From Bacteroidia bacterium (GTDB taxonomy: Bacteria > Bacteroidota > Bacteroidia > SXHM01): a stretch of 64,000 nucleotides of DNA. The notes beneath the pieces are model-generated. The model was not told the DNA's origin. It did not search any database and worked only from the letters and a program-made list of their open reading frames with translations. Shown in pieces: positions 10,401-18,824 of this stretch. Position 1 is the stretch's first letter; each line of letters opens with the position of its first letter. Both the position numbers and the translations under genes were made by a program. The DNA is taken from assembly GCA_022072225.1 (NCBI GenBank), contig JAJVIC010000002.1, positions 469,086-533,085 on the forward strand, written 5' to 3'.

Positions 10401-11875
10401 CACATTTCAGTTTGAAAGATTACACCATTGCCGCAGAAGATGTTAAGAAAATTGATGTGGCAGATGCCGAAATATATCCTGACGGAGGCGATGTGTTAAT
10501 ACTTAAACACGCACGCATGCAAACGTTGGAAAGTGCAAAGATTATGGCAAACCGTACTACGCAGTATCATCATTTTTACGATGCAACCATTGATATTACA
10601 TCGCGAAAAAGTTATAAAGGCAAGGCTACTTACGATTATGTTGACGTAGCCGGTCAGAAACGAGCCATTAAATTGGATCCTTTGACAGTTGACTCAGCTT
10701 ATCAAACTTATGGACGCGGAGAAATTAAAGAAGAAGAAAACTTTACGCTAAGCCCCAATTTTAAATATAAGGGAACTGCTGAGTTGTATGCCAGCAAACC
10801 AAATTTGCGCTATACTGGCAGTACACGTATTGTTCATAATTGCGAAGGAATTGGTTCAAGCTGGTTAAAATTTGATGCTGAAATTGATCCGAAAGAGATT
10901 TTTATTCCGATTGAGAAAAATCCCCGTGATGCAACCGGTAAAGAAGTTTCTACCGGAATTGCCTTACAGAAAGACTCAACCAGAATTTATCCAACTTTCC
11001 TTTCGCCTAAAATTAATGCAGGCGACATAGATGTGGTAACAGCAGAAGGCTATCTGGCTTTTGATAATGCAACGAAAGAATACCGTATTTCAAATAAGGA
11101 AAAACTAAGAGGGTCAACTGTTCCGGGTAATTACATCAGCCTGAGTGAAAATTGCATTGCCACAGGCCAGGGCAAACTTGATTTGGGTTTAAAGCTTGGA
11201 CAGGTTGAGTTAACTCCGGTAGGTTATGTTTACCATAACATGAATAACGATTCGACCAAGTTTGATATTTATTTGGGAGTGAATTTCTTTTTCAATGAGG
11301 AGAGTATGCGGATAATGACCGAAAGGCTAGCAACATTCTTCCCGCCTTTAGATGCGGTATATTATGGCAATAACTACGAAAAGGCGCTTTATGAAATAAT
11401 GGGCAAGGAAAAAGGCGATAAGAAACTTGCAGAAATGAATCTTTATGGTTCATTCAAGAAATTTCCGGAAGAGCTTGGTATGACTTTGTTTCTCACAGAT
11501 GTGAAATTAGTTTGGAATCAGAACACCAGTTCATATCGTTATAAAGGCTACTTCGGAGTTGCCAGCGCCAATAAGGTGGAACTGAATAAAATGATGTATG
11601 GTATGATTGAGTTAACTAAAAAGCGCAGCGGAGATAAACTAAATATTTACCTCGAGCCCGGTGAAGATACCTGGTATTTCTTTGAATATTCCAAAGGACT
11701 GATGGGTGCAATATCTTCGGATCCTAATTTTAATAATCCAATAAAAGATACCAAGCCGGAAGCCCGACAGGCGAAAGAAAAGGAAGGAGGGACACCATAT
11801 CAGTACACTATTTCATCTGAGATTAAGAGAAGAAATTTTGTAAAATCATTTGAAGGGGCTGGTGCAGACGAATAG
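7415..11875 (+). CDS. Large exported beta-rich protein of unknown function (1486 aa)
   Basis: Signal peptide ending VASA-Q; long uninterrupted ORF; no T9SS CTD or terminal barrel Phe. Confidence 0.85.
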   Translation: MIQLKFKHFALTLFTLLVVQVASAQTPKQFTHDKVKFLAEMQAFLESSNEKETKEFFKIFTPVWESTSLSDAQRERIYTFCETLLKKRKKASDFNLYLQAIMNFVKYQQPAGNFDPWMLSLEKTIEKEARGGFSKYLEISAGLFKDNTLYESRAVRWAADNNNYVFSFDSIPVISFSALTLACHTKGDSSVILNTKGNYYPTEEVFKGEKGRVTWQRAGLDPAKCYAEFGDFKIDVTKSQYNIDSVTFNNPDYFKEPLFGQLTDKVKANVDEDNATYPRFDSYLVNLQIKDLQKNVDYEGGFSMHGSKFIGSGNKQNDAMLTFRWTNPDTKVEYKLIKAKAKNFVIKKDRIMSEKASVTLYWEKDSLFHPGLELKFNIEDRELALIRNEQGMGKTPFFDTYHKVDLYIEGVYWKIDDPVIGMKMISGGAESKALFESANFWDDFRYTKIQGLDDVNPLIKIKKYSEMRGTKTLNASDIAGYFKISDSEMRGTLMRLSTMGFLIYNTETDVVTIKDRLYDYINAKSRKTDYDVIQFNSVISKYDNASINLLNFDVKIRGVAQIFLSDSQDVFIFPREQEVILQKNRDFTFDGKVVSGRFDIFGKEFAFNYDEFKIDMKKIDSLRMKVPEGEPDEFGKVKLVPVRTVLQDLEGEVLIDHPNNKSGLEDFPKYPVFNSKRESFVYYDKKSIQRGAYDKERFYFKLEPFSVDSLDNFTKEGLAFDGEFMSAGIFPDMKETLKLQPDFSLGFVKETPPEGYEVYGGKGKYNATISLSNQGLKGDGTLDYLTSTSKSNEFIFYPDSTNAIAQDFVLREQAGGVQYPPASGKDVAIHWEPKNEHFYVSKINTPLDMYASQSVLHGRLDLTPTGLTGNGKMEFVQSELESEKFVYQFQDFRADTSNFKLKGSDAASLAFSTNNVNAHINFKERWGEFKSNGQGSFVDFPENQYICYIDQFKWFMDQEDIQITAGTDAKSMEMGGSKFISVHPAQDSLQFVAPSAHFSLKDYTIAAEDVKKIDVADAEIYPDGGDVLILKHARMQTLESAKIMANRTTQYHHFYDATIDITSRKSYKGKATYDYVDVAGQKRAIKLDPLTVDSAYQTYGRGEIKEEENFTLSPNFKYKGTAELYASKPNLRYTGSTRIVHNCEGIGSSWLKFDAEIDPKEIFIPIEKNPRDATGKEVSTGIALQKDSTRIYPTFLSPKINAGDIDVVTAEGYLAFDNATKEYRISNKEKLRGSTVPGNYISLSENCIATGQGKLDLGLKLGQVELTPVGYVYHNMNNDSTKFDIYLGVNFFFNEESMRIMTERLATFFPPLDAVYYGNNYEKALYEIMGKEKGDKKLAEMNLYGSFKKFPEELGMTLFLTDVKLVWNQNTSSYRYKGYFGVASANKVELNKMMYGMIELTKKRSGDKLNIYLEPGEDTWYFFEYSKGLMGAISSDPNFNNPIKDTKPEARQAKEKEGGTPYQYTISSEIKRRNFVKSFEGAGADE

Positions 11876-11905
11876 TTGTTCTTTGAAGTATAAATACTAT
11901 ATTTG
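11876..11905 (+). promoter_or_regulatory. Sigma-70 promoter of the tRNA gene
   Basis: TTG(11876)-N19-TATATTTG(11898-11905), matching Bacteroidota -33/-7 consensus. Confidence 0.7.
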
Positions 11906-11928
11906 CAACCCTTTTGAAAAAAAGCAAG

Positions 11929-12002
11929 GCACCCGTAGCTCAACTGGATAGAGCATTTGACTACGGATCAGAAGGTTTGGGGTTCGAATCCCTACGGGTG
12001 CA
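11929..12002 (+). tRNA. tRNA-Arg(ACG)
   Basis: Acceptor GCACCCG/CGGGTGC, D arm TAGCTCAACTGGATAGAGC, anticodon loop CT-ACG-GA, T loop GTTCGAATC; CCA not encoded. Confidence 0.97.
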
Positions 12003-12003
12003 C

Positions 12004-12038
12004 AAAAAAGGATTTGATTGATTTCAAATCCTTTTTTT
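12004..12038 (+). terminator. Intrinsic terminator after tRNA
   Basis: aaaaaaGGATTTGA-ttgatt-TCAAATCC-ttttttt. Confidence 0.85.
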
Positions 12039-12069
12039 ATTTCTATTTTAACCGCTCAAAATAAAGGAA

Positions 12070-13437
12070 ATGAATAAAAAGAATTTGCTTGTTTTATCGG
12101 TTGTATTCATCACATTAGCTGGTGCGCTTTCCTTTGCTGCAGTTGAAGGATGGATAGGTTTTCCTCCGGTTGCATTAGCAGTATTTCGCTGGCTGGCACT
12201 TTCTACGCTTATCTATTATGCTTTTATAAGAAAATCATTGACTACAACCATTCTTATCAGCATGGTAATAGGAGTGGAAGTGGGTATTGATTTTCCGGAA
12301 TTTTCACAAAACCTGAAAGTACTCTCTCAAATTTTTCTCCGCCTCATTAAAACCATTATTGCTCCATTACTTTTTGCAACATTGGTATACGGTATTGCAG
12401 GACACAGCAACTTAAAGCAGGTAGGGCGCATGGGTTGGAAAAGCATTTTATATTTTGAAGTGGTTACTACCATTGCTCTCTTTATAGGGCTTGCAGCAAT
12501 CAATATCACCAAAGCAGGTGCAGGAATCCAATTGCCTCCGGTTACCGATACAGATAAACTTCCAGTGCATAAGCAAACCATTACGGATATTATTCTGCAT
12601 ATTTTCCCTGAAAACATTGCTAAAAGCATTTACGATGGTGCCGTACTGGAAATTGTAGTGTTCAGCATTCTGTTCGGAATTGCAACGGCCATGATTGGCG
12701 AAAAGCACCGCAAACCGATTGTGAATTTTGTGGAAGCATTGAGCGAAGTGATGTTTAAATTCACCAATATCATTATGATGTTTGCGCCCATTGCCGTTGG
12801 CGCTGCCATTGCCTATACAGTGGGGCATATGGGCTTGGGAATTCTGGTAAACCTGATGAAGTTATTGCTTACGCTTTATGCAGCACTTGCATTTTTCCTT
12901 GTGTTTGTATTGCTTCCTGTGGCATTGCTTTTTAAAGTTCCGATCAGAGAATTTATTAATTCCATTATTGAACCTGTATCTATTGCCTTTGCAACCACAT
13001 CATCGGAATCGGCTTTGCCCAAGGCAATGAAAGCGATGGAGAATATTGGTGTTCCGCGTAAAATAGTAGCGTTTGTAATGCCGATGGGCTACAGCTTTAA
13101 CCTGGACGGAACCACGCTTTACCTTGCACTTGCTTCTGTGTTTGTAGCGCAGGCTGCCGGTATTGAACTTTCGCTCTCTACACAGTTGATTATGGTGTTC
13201 ACGCTTATGCTTACCAGCAAAGGCGTAGCGGGAGTTCCCCGCGCATCCTTAGTAATTTTGCTTGGCACATTAGCCTCTTTTGATTTGCCGGTTGAGCCCG
13301 TCTTTATCATTCTTGCTATTGACGAATTAATGGACATGGCGCGCACTTCCGTAAACGTAATTGGTAATTGCCTTGCTACCGTAGTGATTGCAAAATGGGA
13401 AGGTGAGTTTAAAAAGCCGGAAGAAATTCAGCAATGA
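12070..13437 (+). CDS. Dicarboxylate/amino acid:cation symporter (GltP/DctA family)
   Basis: FLRLIKTIIAP, AFATTSSESALP, GYSFNLDG, SKGVAGVP, DMARTSVNVIGN. Confidence 0.95.
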   Translation: MNKKNLLVLSVVFITLAGALSFAAVEGWIGFPPVALAVFRWLALSTLIYYAFIRKSLTTTILISMVIGVEVGIDFPEFSQNLKVLSQIFLRLIKTIIAPLLFATLVYGIAGHSNLKQVGRMGWKSILYFEVVTTIALFIGLAAINITKAGAGIQLPPVTDTDKLPVHKQTITDIILHIFPENIAKSIYDGAVLEIVVFSILFGIATAMIGEKHRKPIVNFVEALSEVMFKFTNIIMMFAPIAVGAAIAYTVGHMGLGILVNLMKLLLTLYAALAFFLVFVLLPVALLFKVPIREFINSIIEPVSIAFATTSSESALPKAMKAMENIGVPRKIVAFVMPMGYSFNLDGTTLYLALASVFVAQAAGIELSLSTQLIMVFTLMLTSKGVAGVPRASLVILLGTLASFDLPVEPVFIILAIDELMDMARTSVNVIGNCLATVVIAKWEGEFKKPEEIQQ

Positions 13438-13844
13438 AATCTTTGATTATGTTTCGCGGTCTTCCCGGAAGCGGAAAATCTACGCTTGCAAAAGTTTTAA
13501 GTGAAGGTAAATACCCTGTTTTTTCTGTTGATGATTATTTCACCAATCCCAAAACAGGCGAATACAAATTTGAATTTTCTGAAAACCACCTTGCTTATAA
13601 ACACTGCGAAGAACGCACGAAAAACGAAATGCAAACAGGCACAGAGAAAATATTTCTTGATAACTGTTTTACATTGGATTGGGAAATGGAGCCCTACTTT
13701 AAAATGGCTGCTGAGTTTAACTATACTGTATTTGTAGCCACTGTTGAAAACCGTCATGGCAGCGGAAATATTCATAATGTCAGCAATGAACAGTTGAAGA
13801 AAATGGCTGAAAAGTACAGGGTTAATTTGCTCGGTAATAAGTGA
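13434..13844 (+). CDS. Small P-loop kinase-like protein (AAA_33 type)
   Basis: RGLPGSGKST Walker A, SVDDYF, NIHNV; ATGA overlap with upstream gene. Confidence 0.8.
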   Translation: MKSLIMFRGLPGSGKSTLAKVLSEGKYPVFSVDDYFTNPKTGEYKFEFSENHLAYKHCEERTKNEMQTGTEKIFLDNCFTLDWEMEPYFKMAAEFNYTVFVATVENRHGSGNIHNVSNEQLKKMAEKYRVNLLGNK

Positions 13845-13850
13845 ACAGCC

Positions 13851-13916
13851 GGTAATCGGTAATCAGTTCAAAAAAAATCGGTAACCGGAAAAACCGATTA
13901 CCGATTACTGATTACC
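13851..13916. repeat. Inverted heptamer repeats between convergent genes (possible terminator)
   Basis: ggtaatc ggtaatc ... gattacc gattact gattacc then tttt. Confidence 0.75.
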
Positions 13917-13919
13917 TTT

Positions 13920-14750
13920 TTAGTGCAACTGAATAATATGTTCGTGCCCGTTTACAGTAACGGTAGCCTGATTGTCGCAACTGCCATCGCCAAAATCAAT
14001 GTATCGTGTGGGGCGGTTGGCAGGAACTACTTCTGCAGTTCCGCTTACAAACTGGTGGCAGGCTACAGTTCTGCGCAACGCGCTGGTGATTGTTGCGGTA
14101 AATGAACCACCTTCGGAGTTGGTTCCGCTGGCATTTCCGGTAACAAGGTATTCATCATCGCTCCATTGCGGTGTGCTTTCACCTTCAATCCATTCGCGTT
14201 CACGGCTCGAAACATAAGTAATGGTTCCTTCATCGTTTGCACGGATAATGCTTCCATCTACTTCAATAGAGTAGTAGAGATTTCCATTGTCGTTATAACC
14301 GTTGTTAGTAACTGTTTTTGTTCCGAGAACCTGATTGTCGTTCACAAAATAATTATCGAAGGTAATGGTGTGAACATGTCCGGGCTCGCGGTATGGTCCT
14401 GTGTAAGTAACAATGATAGTTCCTCTGCGTTGGCGCCCGTCATTGCAGGTACAGTTTACATCGCCAAAATCAATAGTCAGTACACGCGGGTCAGAAAGTG
14501 TATCGTTTGTAATAGTGGCGCAATTACTCAGGATGCCATCCGAGTTTTCTGCTTTGTATGAACTCATATTTCCGCTTGCAGCTTCATCGGCAATGGATTG
14601 CGCATCGCTGAAATTTACTTCTGCCAGCGCATTGTCTTCGGCAGAGCGCATGTTATCATCTAGATTTTCTCTTTTGCACGAAGTGAAAAGAAACGCTGTT
14701 GCCACAAAAAGCATAATTGAAGCAATCAGTTTTTGATTTATTGTTTTCAT
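13920..14750 (-). CDS. Hypothetical beta-rich lipoprotein
   Basis: Lipobox FTSC; IDFG...C.DGRQRRG and IDFGDGSCDN motifs common in Bacteroidota lipoproteins. Confidence 0.85.
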   Translation of the reverse strand: MKTINQKLIASIMLFVATAFLFTSCKRENLDDNMRSAEDNALAEVNFSDAQSIADEAASGNMSSYKAENSDGILSNCATITNDTLSDPRVLTIDFGDVNCTCNDGRQRRGTIIVTYTGPYREPGHVHTITFDNYFVNDNQVLGTKTVTNNGYNDNGNLYYSIEVDGSIIRANDEGTITYVSSREREWIEGESTPQWSDDEYLVTGNASGTNSEGGSFTATITSALRRTVACHQFVSGTAEVVPANRPTRYIDFGDGSCDNQATVTVNGHEHIIQLH

Positions 14751-14829
14751 GTTTTTGATTTTTTTAATGGATTAATGATGCATCTCTGACTGCCTACGTA
14801 ACAGATGGTTTAATTATCGTTTAAAATTT

Positions 14830-14875
14830 TTAACAAGTCGTTAACACGGCAAATTCAATTCAATAGCTACCTTTG
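14830..14875 (+). promoter_or_regulatory. TTAACA-N5-TTAACA box plus -7 box TACCTTTG
   Basis: Box 14830-14846, -7 element 14868-14875. Confidence 0.55.
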
Positions 14876-14918
14876 ACGCAACAAACAGGAACAATAACCC
14901 TAAACAATAAATTACAAA

Positions 14919-15392
14919 ATGAAAAAATCAATCCTTTCAATCGCAATGTTTGTAGGAGCGCTTTCTTTTGCGAATGCGCAAGTAACAACGCCAAACCCTG
15001 CACCAACAACAAAAATCACGTTCGATAAAATGGAACATGATTACGGAACAATTATGCAGGATCCTGACAGCGGACCATCAGGAGATTGTGTTTTCAAATT
15101 CACAAATTCAGGAACTCAGCCCTTAATTCTTACATCAGCTACCGGTTCTTGCGGTTGCACAGTGCCAAAAGCTCCATTGAACCAACCATTTGGTCCCGGA
15201 GAAAGCGGTGATATTAAAGTACACTACGATGTTAAACGTATCGGCCCTTTCACTAAAACGGTTACTATTAAATCTAACGGAAGCGCAGAAGATATCAAAC
15301 TTACTATCAAAGGTAAAGTTGAGCCACTGCCAGCTGACGAAGGTGTTCCTGTTAACAAAGCTGTTGAAGGAGCTACTCCAACCAACAACTAA
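14919..15392 (+). CDS. DUF1573 domain exported protein
   Basis: Signal peptide; FKFTNSGTQPLIL...SCGCTVP motif. Confidence 0.9.
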   Translation: MKKSILSIAMFVGALSFANAQVTTPNPAPTTKITFDKMEHDYGTIMQDPDSGPSGDCVFKFTNSGTQPLILTSATGSCGCTVPKAPLNQPFGPGESGDIKVHYDVKRIGPFTKTVTIKSNGSAEDIKLTIKGKVEPLPADEGVPVNKAVEGATPTNN

Positions 15393-15411
15393 TTTATATC
15401 ATACATATAAT

Positions 15412-15447
15412 AATAAAAATCCCGACTTTTGTCGGGATTTTTATTTT
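15412..15447 (+). terminator. Intrinsic terminator
   Basis: AATAAAAATCCCGAC-tttt-GTCGGGATTTTTATT. Confidence 0.85.
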
Positions 15448-15461
15448 AAAACAAGTACCAG

Positions 15462-16679
15462 ATGCCAACTATTTCCAATAAGGGCAAAGCAATGCCCGAA
15501 TCGCCCATTCGTAAATTAGTTCCTTACTCAGAAGCAGCCAAAAAGAAAGGACGAAAAGTGTATCACCTTAATATTGGTCAGCCCGATATTAAAACGCCTG
15601 AACTTGCGATTGAAAAAATTAAATCACTTGATTTAAAAGTTTTGGAGTACAGCCACTCGGCAGGAAATGAAAGCTATCGCAGAAAGTTGTCGGACTACTA
15701 CAAAGGAATTGGTATTGATGCCGCCTTTGATGAAATGCTCATTACCACAGGTGGTTCAGAAGCCATTTCGTTTGCGCTGATGACTTGTCTTAATCCGGGT
15801 GATGAAATAATTACCACCGAACCGTTTTATGCGAATTATTTAGGTTTTGCTACAGCAGCAGGAGCTGTGATAAAAGCTGTTACCTCAAAAATTGAAACAG
15901 GTTTTGCCCTGCCTCCGGTTGAAGAATTTGAAAAAGCTATCACATCCAAAACAAAAGCTATTCTTATCTGCAATCCTAATAACCCGACAGGTTATTTGTA
16001 TTCAGAAACTGAGTTGAATGCCTTGCGTGATATTGTAAAGAAACACGATCTCTATCTTTTTTCAGATGAAGTTTACCGTGAGTTTTGTTATGACGGTAAA
16101 AAGCATTTTTCGGCTATGAACCTGAAAGGTATTGAGCAGAATGTTATTCTGATTGATTCTATTTCTAAACGTTACAGTGCCTGCGGAGCGAGGATTGGCG
16201 TAATGATTTCAAAGAATAAAGAAGTAATGACTACTGCATTGAAATTTGCGCAGGCCCGTTTAAGTCCGCCATCACTGGGGCAAATTTTGGGCGAAGCCTC
16301 GTTGGAAACGCCACATGAATATTTTGACGAAGTAATTGCTGAATATGTGCAACGCAGAGATTTGGTAGTAAGTGAAATCAATAAAATGCCGGGCGCTTTC
16401 TGCCCCAAACCAACAGGTGCATTTTATGCAATTGCCCGCTTGCCTATTGATAACTCAGATACCTTCTGCCGCTGGCTGCTGGAAGATTTTCATTATAAAA
16501 ACCAAACCGTTATGCTGGCGCCTGCAACCGGTTTTTATGCTTCAAAACTGGGACTGGATGAAGTACGAATTGGTTATGTATTAAATCTGCATGACCTTTC
16601 CGCAGCTATGAAATGCCTGAGCGAAGCATTGAAAGTTTATCCCGGAAAAACAGTAAAGGTAAAGGAGCTGGCAGGTTAA
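15462..16679 (+). CDS. PLP-dependent aminotransferase class I/II (aspartate aminotransferase-like)
   Basis: LNIGQPD, NPNNPTG, SDEVY, SISKRYSACGARIG. Confidence 0.93.
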   Translation: MPTISNKGKAMPESPIRKLVPYSEAAKKKGRKVYHLNIGQPDIKTPELAIEKIKSLDLKVLEYSHSAGNESYRRKLSDYYKGIGIDAAFDEMLITTGGSEAISFALMTCLNPGDEIITTEPFYANYLGFATAAGAVIKAVTSKIETGFALPPVEEFEKAITSKTKAILICNPNNPTGYLYSETELNALRDIVKKHDLYLFSDEVYREFCYDGKKHFSAMNLKGIEQNVILIDSISKRYSACGARIGVMISKNKEVMTTALKFAQARLSPPSLGQILGEASLETPHEYFDEVIAEYVQRRDLVVSEINKMPGAFCPKPTGAFYAIARLPIDNSDTFCRWLLEDFHYKNQTVMLAPATGFYASKLGLDEVRIGYVLNLHDLSAAMKCLSEALKVYPGKTVKVKELAG

Positions 16680-17842
16680 ATGTCCGCCAGCTTTTTAGGA
16701 TACTTTCTGAAATACCAGATACCGAAACTACCCAAGCCAATCATTACTACAGATAAGAATTGTGCCTGTGTAAATTCATATCCAAATACATGATATTTGG
16801 TGTTGATGCGAATACTTTCAATTATAAGACGCTCAATAGAAATAAGTATTAAGTAGATGCTGAAAAGCATTCCAGGAGTGTTTATTTTTTTGCGGATGCT
16901 CCACAAAATCCCGAAAATTAAAAACGACATGAGCATTTCGTAAATTGGAGTAGGGTAAGCGTAACCGGAAATGCTTTCAAGACCCATAGAGGCAAAATCT
17001 TTTTTAAGGTCAAGGTGCAATACATTATTCGGATAGTTGTAAGACCATAACCAGTCAGGAGCCCAGCTTAGCCAATCAGGTTTTGGATTGTCGTTAGGAA
17101 GTCCCCAATCGCCATCTCCTGCTACCTGACAGCCGATACGGCCAATGCCGTAAGCAAGTATAAGTCCGGGAGCAGTAGCATCACAAATGGCAAGCAGTTT
17201 TATTTTATTTTTTCTCGCATAACGTATAACAAAATAGGCAGCCACAATAAGTCCACCGTAAAAACTTAAACCGCTGAATGAGATTATAGCATCAAGCGGG
17301 TCAGCCATAAACTCGTTCATATTTTCCAGGTTGTGGAATAGTTTTGCTCCTAGTATTCCTGCTATGGCAGCAATTATGGTAATAGTGCCGATGTGTTGAT
17401 GCGGATAAACGGTTTCTTCCACCTGTTCGGGTTTGTCAAGGCGTTGCTGTTTGTCTTCCCAGAATTTTAAGGCACCTGCCAATACAGCGCCAATTACAGC
17501 TCCCAGCGCACTTCCTTCGAGTGAAAGAAAATAGTCCTGCGGATTTTTTACAACCTCACTAAACTGCGTAAGCATGGGCACAAACTTGTAGCCCAGTACC
17601 AAACCGATTGCAACAGAGGATATGTATTCCGAAGCAGGAAACGGTCGTCCTTTCCAGTATTTGCGGATTTGTATTTCGCCCATCACGCCCAACTTTTCTT
17701 TGCGTTTCATTTCAAGGGTAAGTGTCCATGCTGCGCCCAGAAAGGCCATGGCCACACAGAACCCGAACATCTGTACAATTTTTAAAAACGGAAGGCTGAT
17801 GCCAAAAAGGTCGAGGAAAAGGTCGTAGAGGGTAGGGTACAT
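16676..17842 (-). CDS. lgt: Prolipoprotein diacylglyceryl transferase (long Bacteroidota form)
   Basis: GLSFYGG, IGRIGCQVAGDGDWG, YPTPIYE, ERLIIESIR, TQAQ. Confidence 0.88.
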   Translation of the reverse strand: MYPTLYDLFLDLFGISLPFLKIVQMFGFCVAMAFLGAAWTLTLEMKRKEKLGVMGEIQIRKYWKGRPFPASEYISSVAIGLVLGYKFVPMLTQFSEVVKNPQDYFLSLEGSALGAVIGAVLAGALKFWEDKQQRLDKPEQVEETVYPHQHIGTITIIAAIAGILGAKLFHNLENMNEFMADPLDAIISFSGLSFYGGLIVAAYFVIRYARKNKIKLLAICDATAPGLILAYGIGRIGCQVAGDGDWGLPNDNPKPDWLSWAPDWLWSYNYPNNVLHLDLKKDFASMGLESISGYAYPTPIYEMLMSFLIFGILWSIRKKINTPGMLFSIYLILISIERLIIESIRINTKYHVFGYEFTQAQFLSVVMIGLGSFGIWYFRKYPKKLADI

Positions 17843-17848
17843 TTCTTT

Positions 17849-17896
17849 AGTTAGAAGGTGAGAAAGTTAGAAAGTGAGAATGTTAGAGGGTTAGAA
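17849..17896. repeat. Six tandem 8-mers (NGTKAGAR)
   Basis: agttagaa ggtgagaa agttagaa agtgagaa tgttagag ggttagaa. Confidence 0.85.
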
Positions 17897-17901
17897 AGGT
17901 T

Positions 17902-17979
17902 TGTCGCTTCGAGCGTAGTCGAGAAGTTTTAGTCATTTAGTTCATTAATAATTGCCTCTCGACTACGCTCGAGGTGACA
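17902..17979. repeat. Inverted pair of 25-bp REP-like elements (copies 1 and 2)
   Basis: tgtcgcttcgagcgtagtcgagaag (17902-17926) and cctctcgactacgctcgaggtgaca (17955-17979). Confidence 0.9.
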
Positions 17980-18774
17980 CTACACCGCAACAGCAGCTTT
18001 TATATGTGGATGCGGGTCGTAATTTTCAAGCGTAAAATCTTCAATCTTAAATCCGAAAATATCTTTTACTGCCGGATTTATTTTCATTGTTGGCAGCGCA
18101 CGGAAATCACGGCTCAGTTGCAGTTTGGTTTGTTCTATATGGTTAGAGTATAAATGTGCATCACCAAAGGTATGCACAAAATCACCGGGCTTTAAGTCAC
18201 ATACCTGTGCTACCATCATCGTCAGCAAAGCATACGATGCAATGTTAAACGGAACACCAAGAAAAATATCGGCACTGCGCTGATACAACTGGCAACTCAA
18301 TTTTCCATCGGCTACATAAAACTGGAACATGGTGTGGCACGGAGGTAAGGCCATCTTATCCACATCGGCAGGATTCCATGCACTAACGATCAGTCTGCGC
18401 GAATCAGGGTTCTTTTTTATCATCGCAATCAGGTTGCTGATCTGGTCAATTACTCTTCCGTCAGGAGCCTGCCAGCTGCGCCACTGGTAGCCATAAACGG
18501 GTCCAAGGTTTCCGTTCTCATCGGCCCATTCATCCCAGATAGAAACGTTGTTATCTTTCAGGTATTTGATGTTGGTATCGCCTTGCAGAAACCACAACAG
18601 TTCATGAATGATGGAACGAACGTGCAGTTTTTTGGTAGTCAATAAAGGAAAGCCTTCTTCTAAATTAAAACGCATCTGGTAGCCAAACACACTTTGTGTT
18701 CCGGTTCCGGTGCGGTCTTCTTTTTTTGTGCCGTTTTCAAGCACATGGCGCATTAAATCGTGGTACTGTTTCAT
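17980..18774 (-). CDS. thyA: Thymidylate synthase
   Basis: DRTGTGT, ELLWFL, LGPVYG, MALPPCH, QRSAD, PFNIASY. Confidence 0.99.
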   Translation of the reverse strand: MKQYHDLMRHVLENGTKKEDRTGTGTQSVFGYQMRFNLEEGFPLLTTKKLHVRSIIHELLWFLQGDTNIKYLKDNNVSIWDEWADENGNLGPVYGYQWRSWQAPDGRVIDQISNLIAMIKKNPDSRRLIVSAWNPADVDKMALPPCHTMFQFYVADGKLSCQLYQRSADIFLGVPFNIASYALLTMMVAQVCDLKPGDFVHTFGDAHLYSNHIEQTKLQLSRDFRALPTMKINPAVKDIFGFKIEDFTLENYDPHPHIKAAVAV

Positions 18775-18795
18775 TCTTTTATTGTCTTTTTAAAA

Positions 18796-18820
18796 CTTCT
18801 CGACTACGCTCGAAGTGACA
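18796..18820 (-). repeat. 25-bp REP-like element, copy 3
   Basis: cttctcgactacgctcgaagtgaca. Confidence 0.9.
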
Positions 18821-18824
18821 CTTT

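Noticed and set aside
11929..12070. tRNA-Arg as an island integration site
   Set aside because: No integrase and no duplicated tRNA 3' end seen in the window
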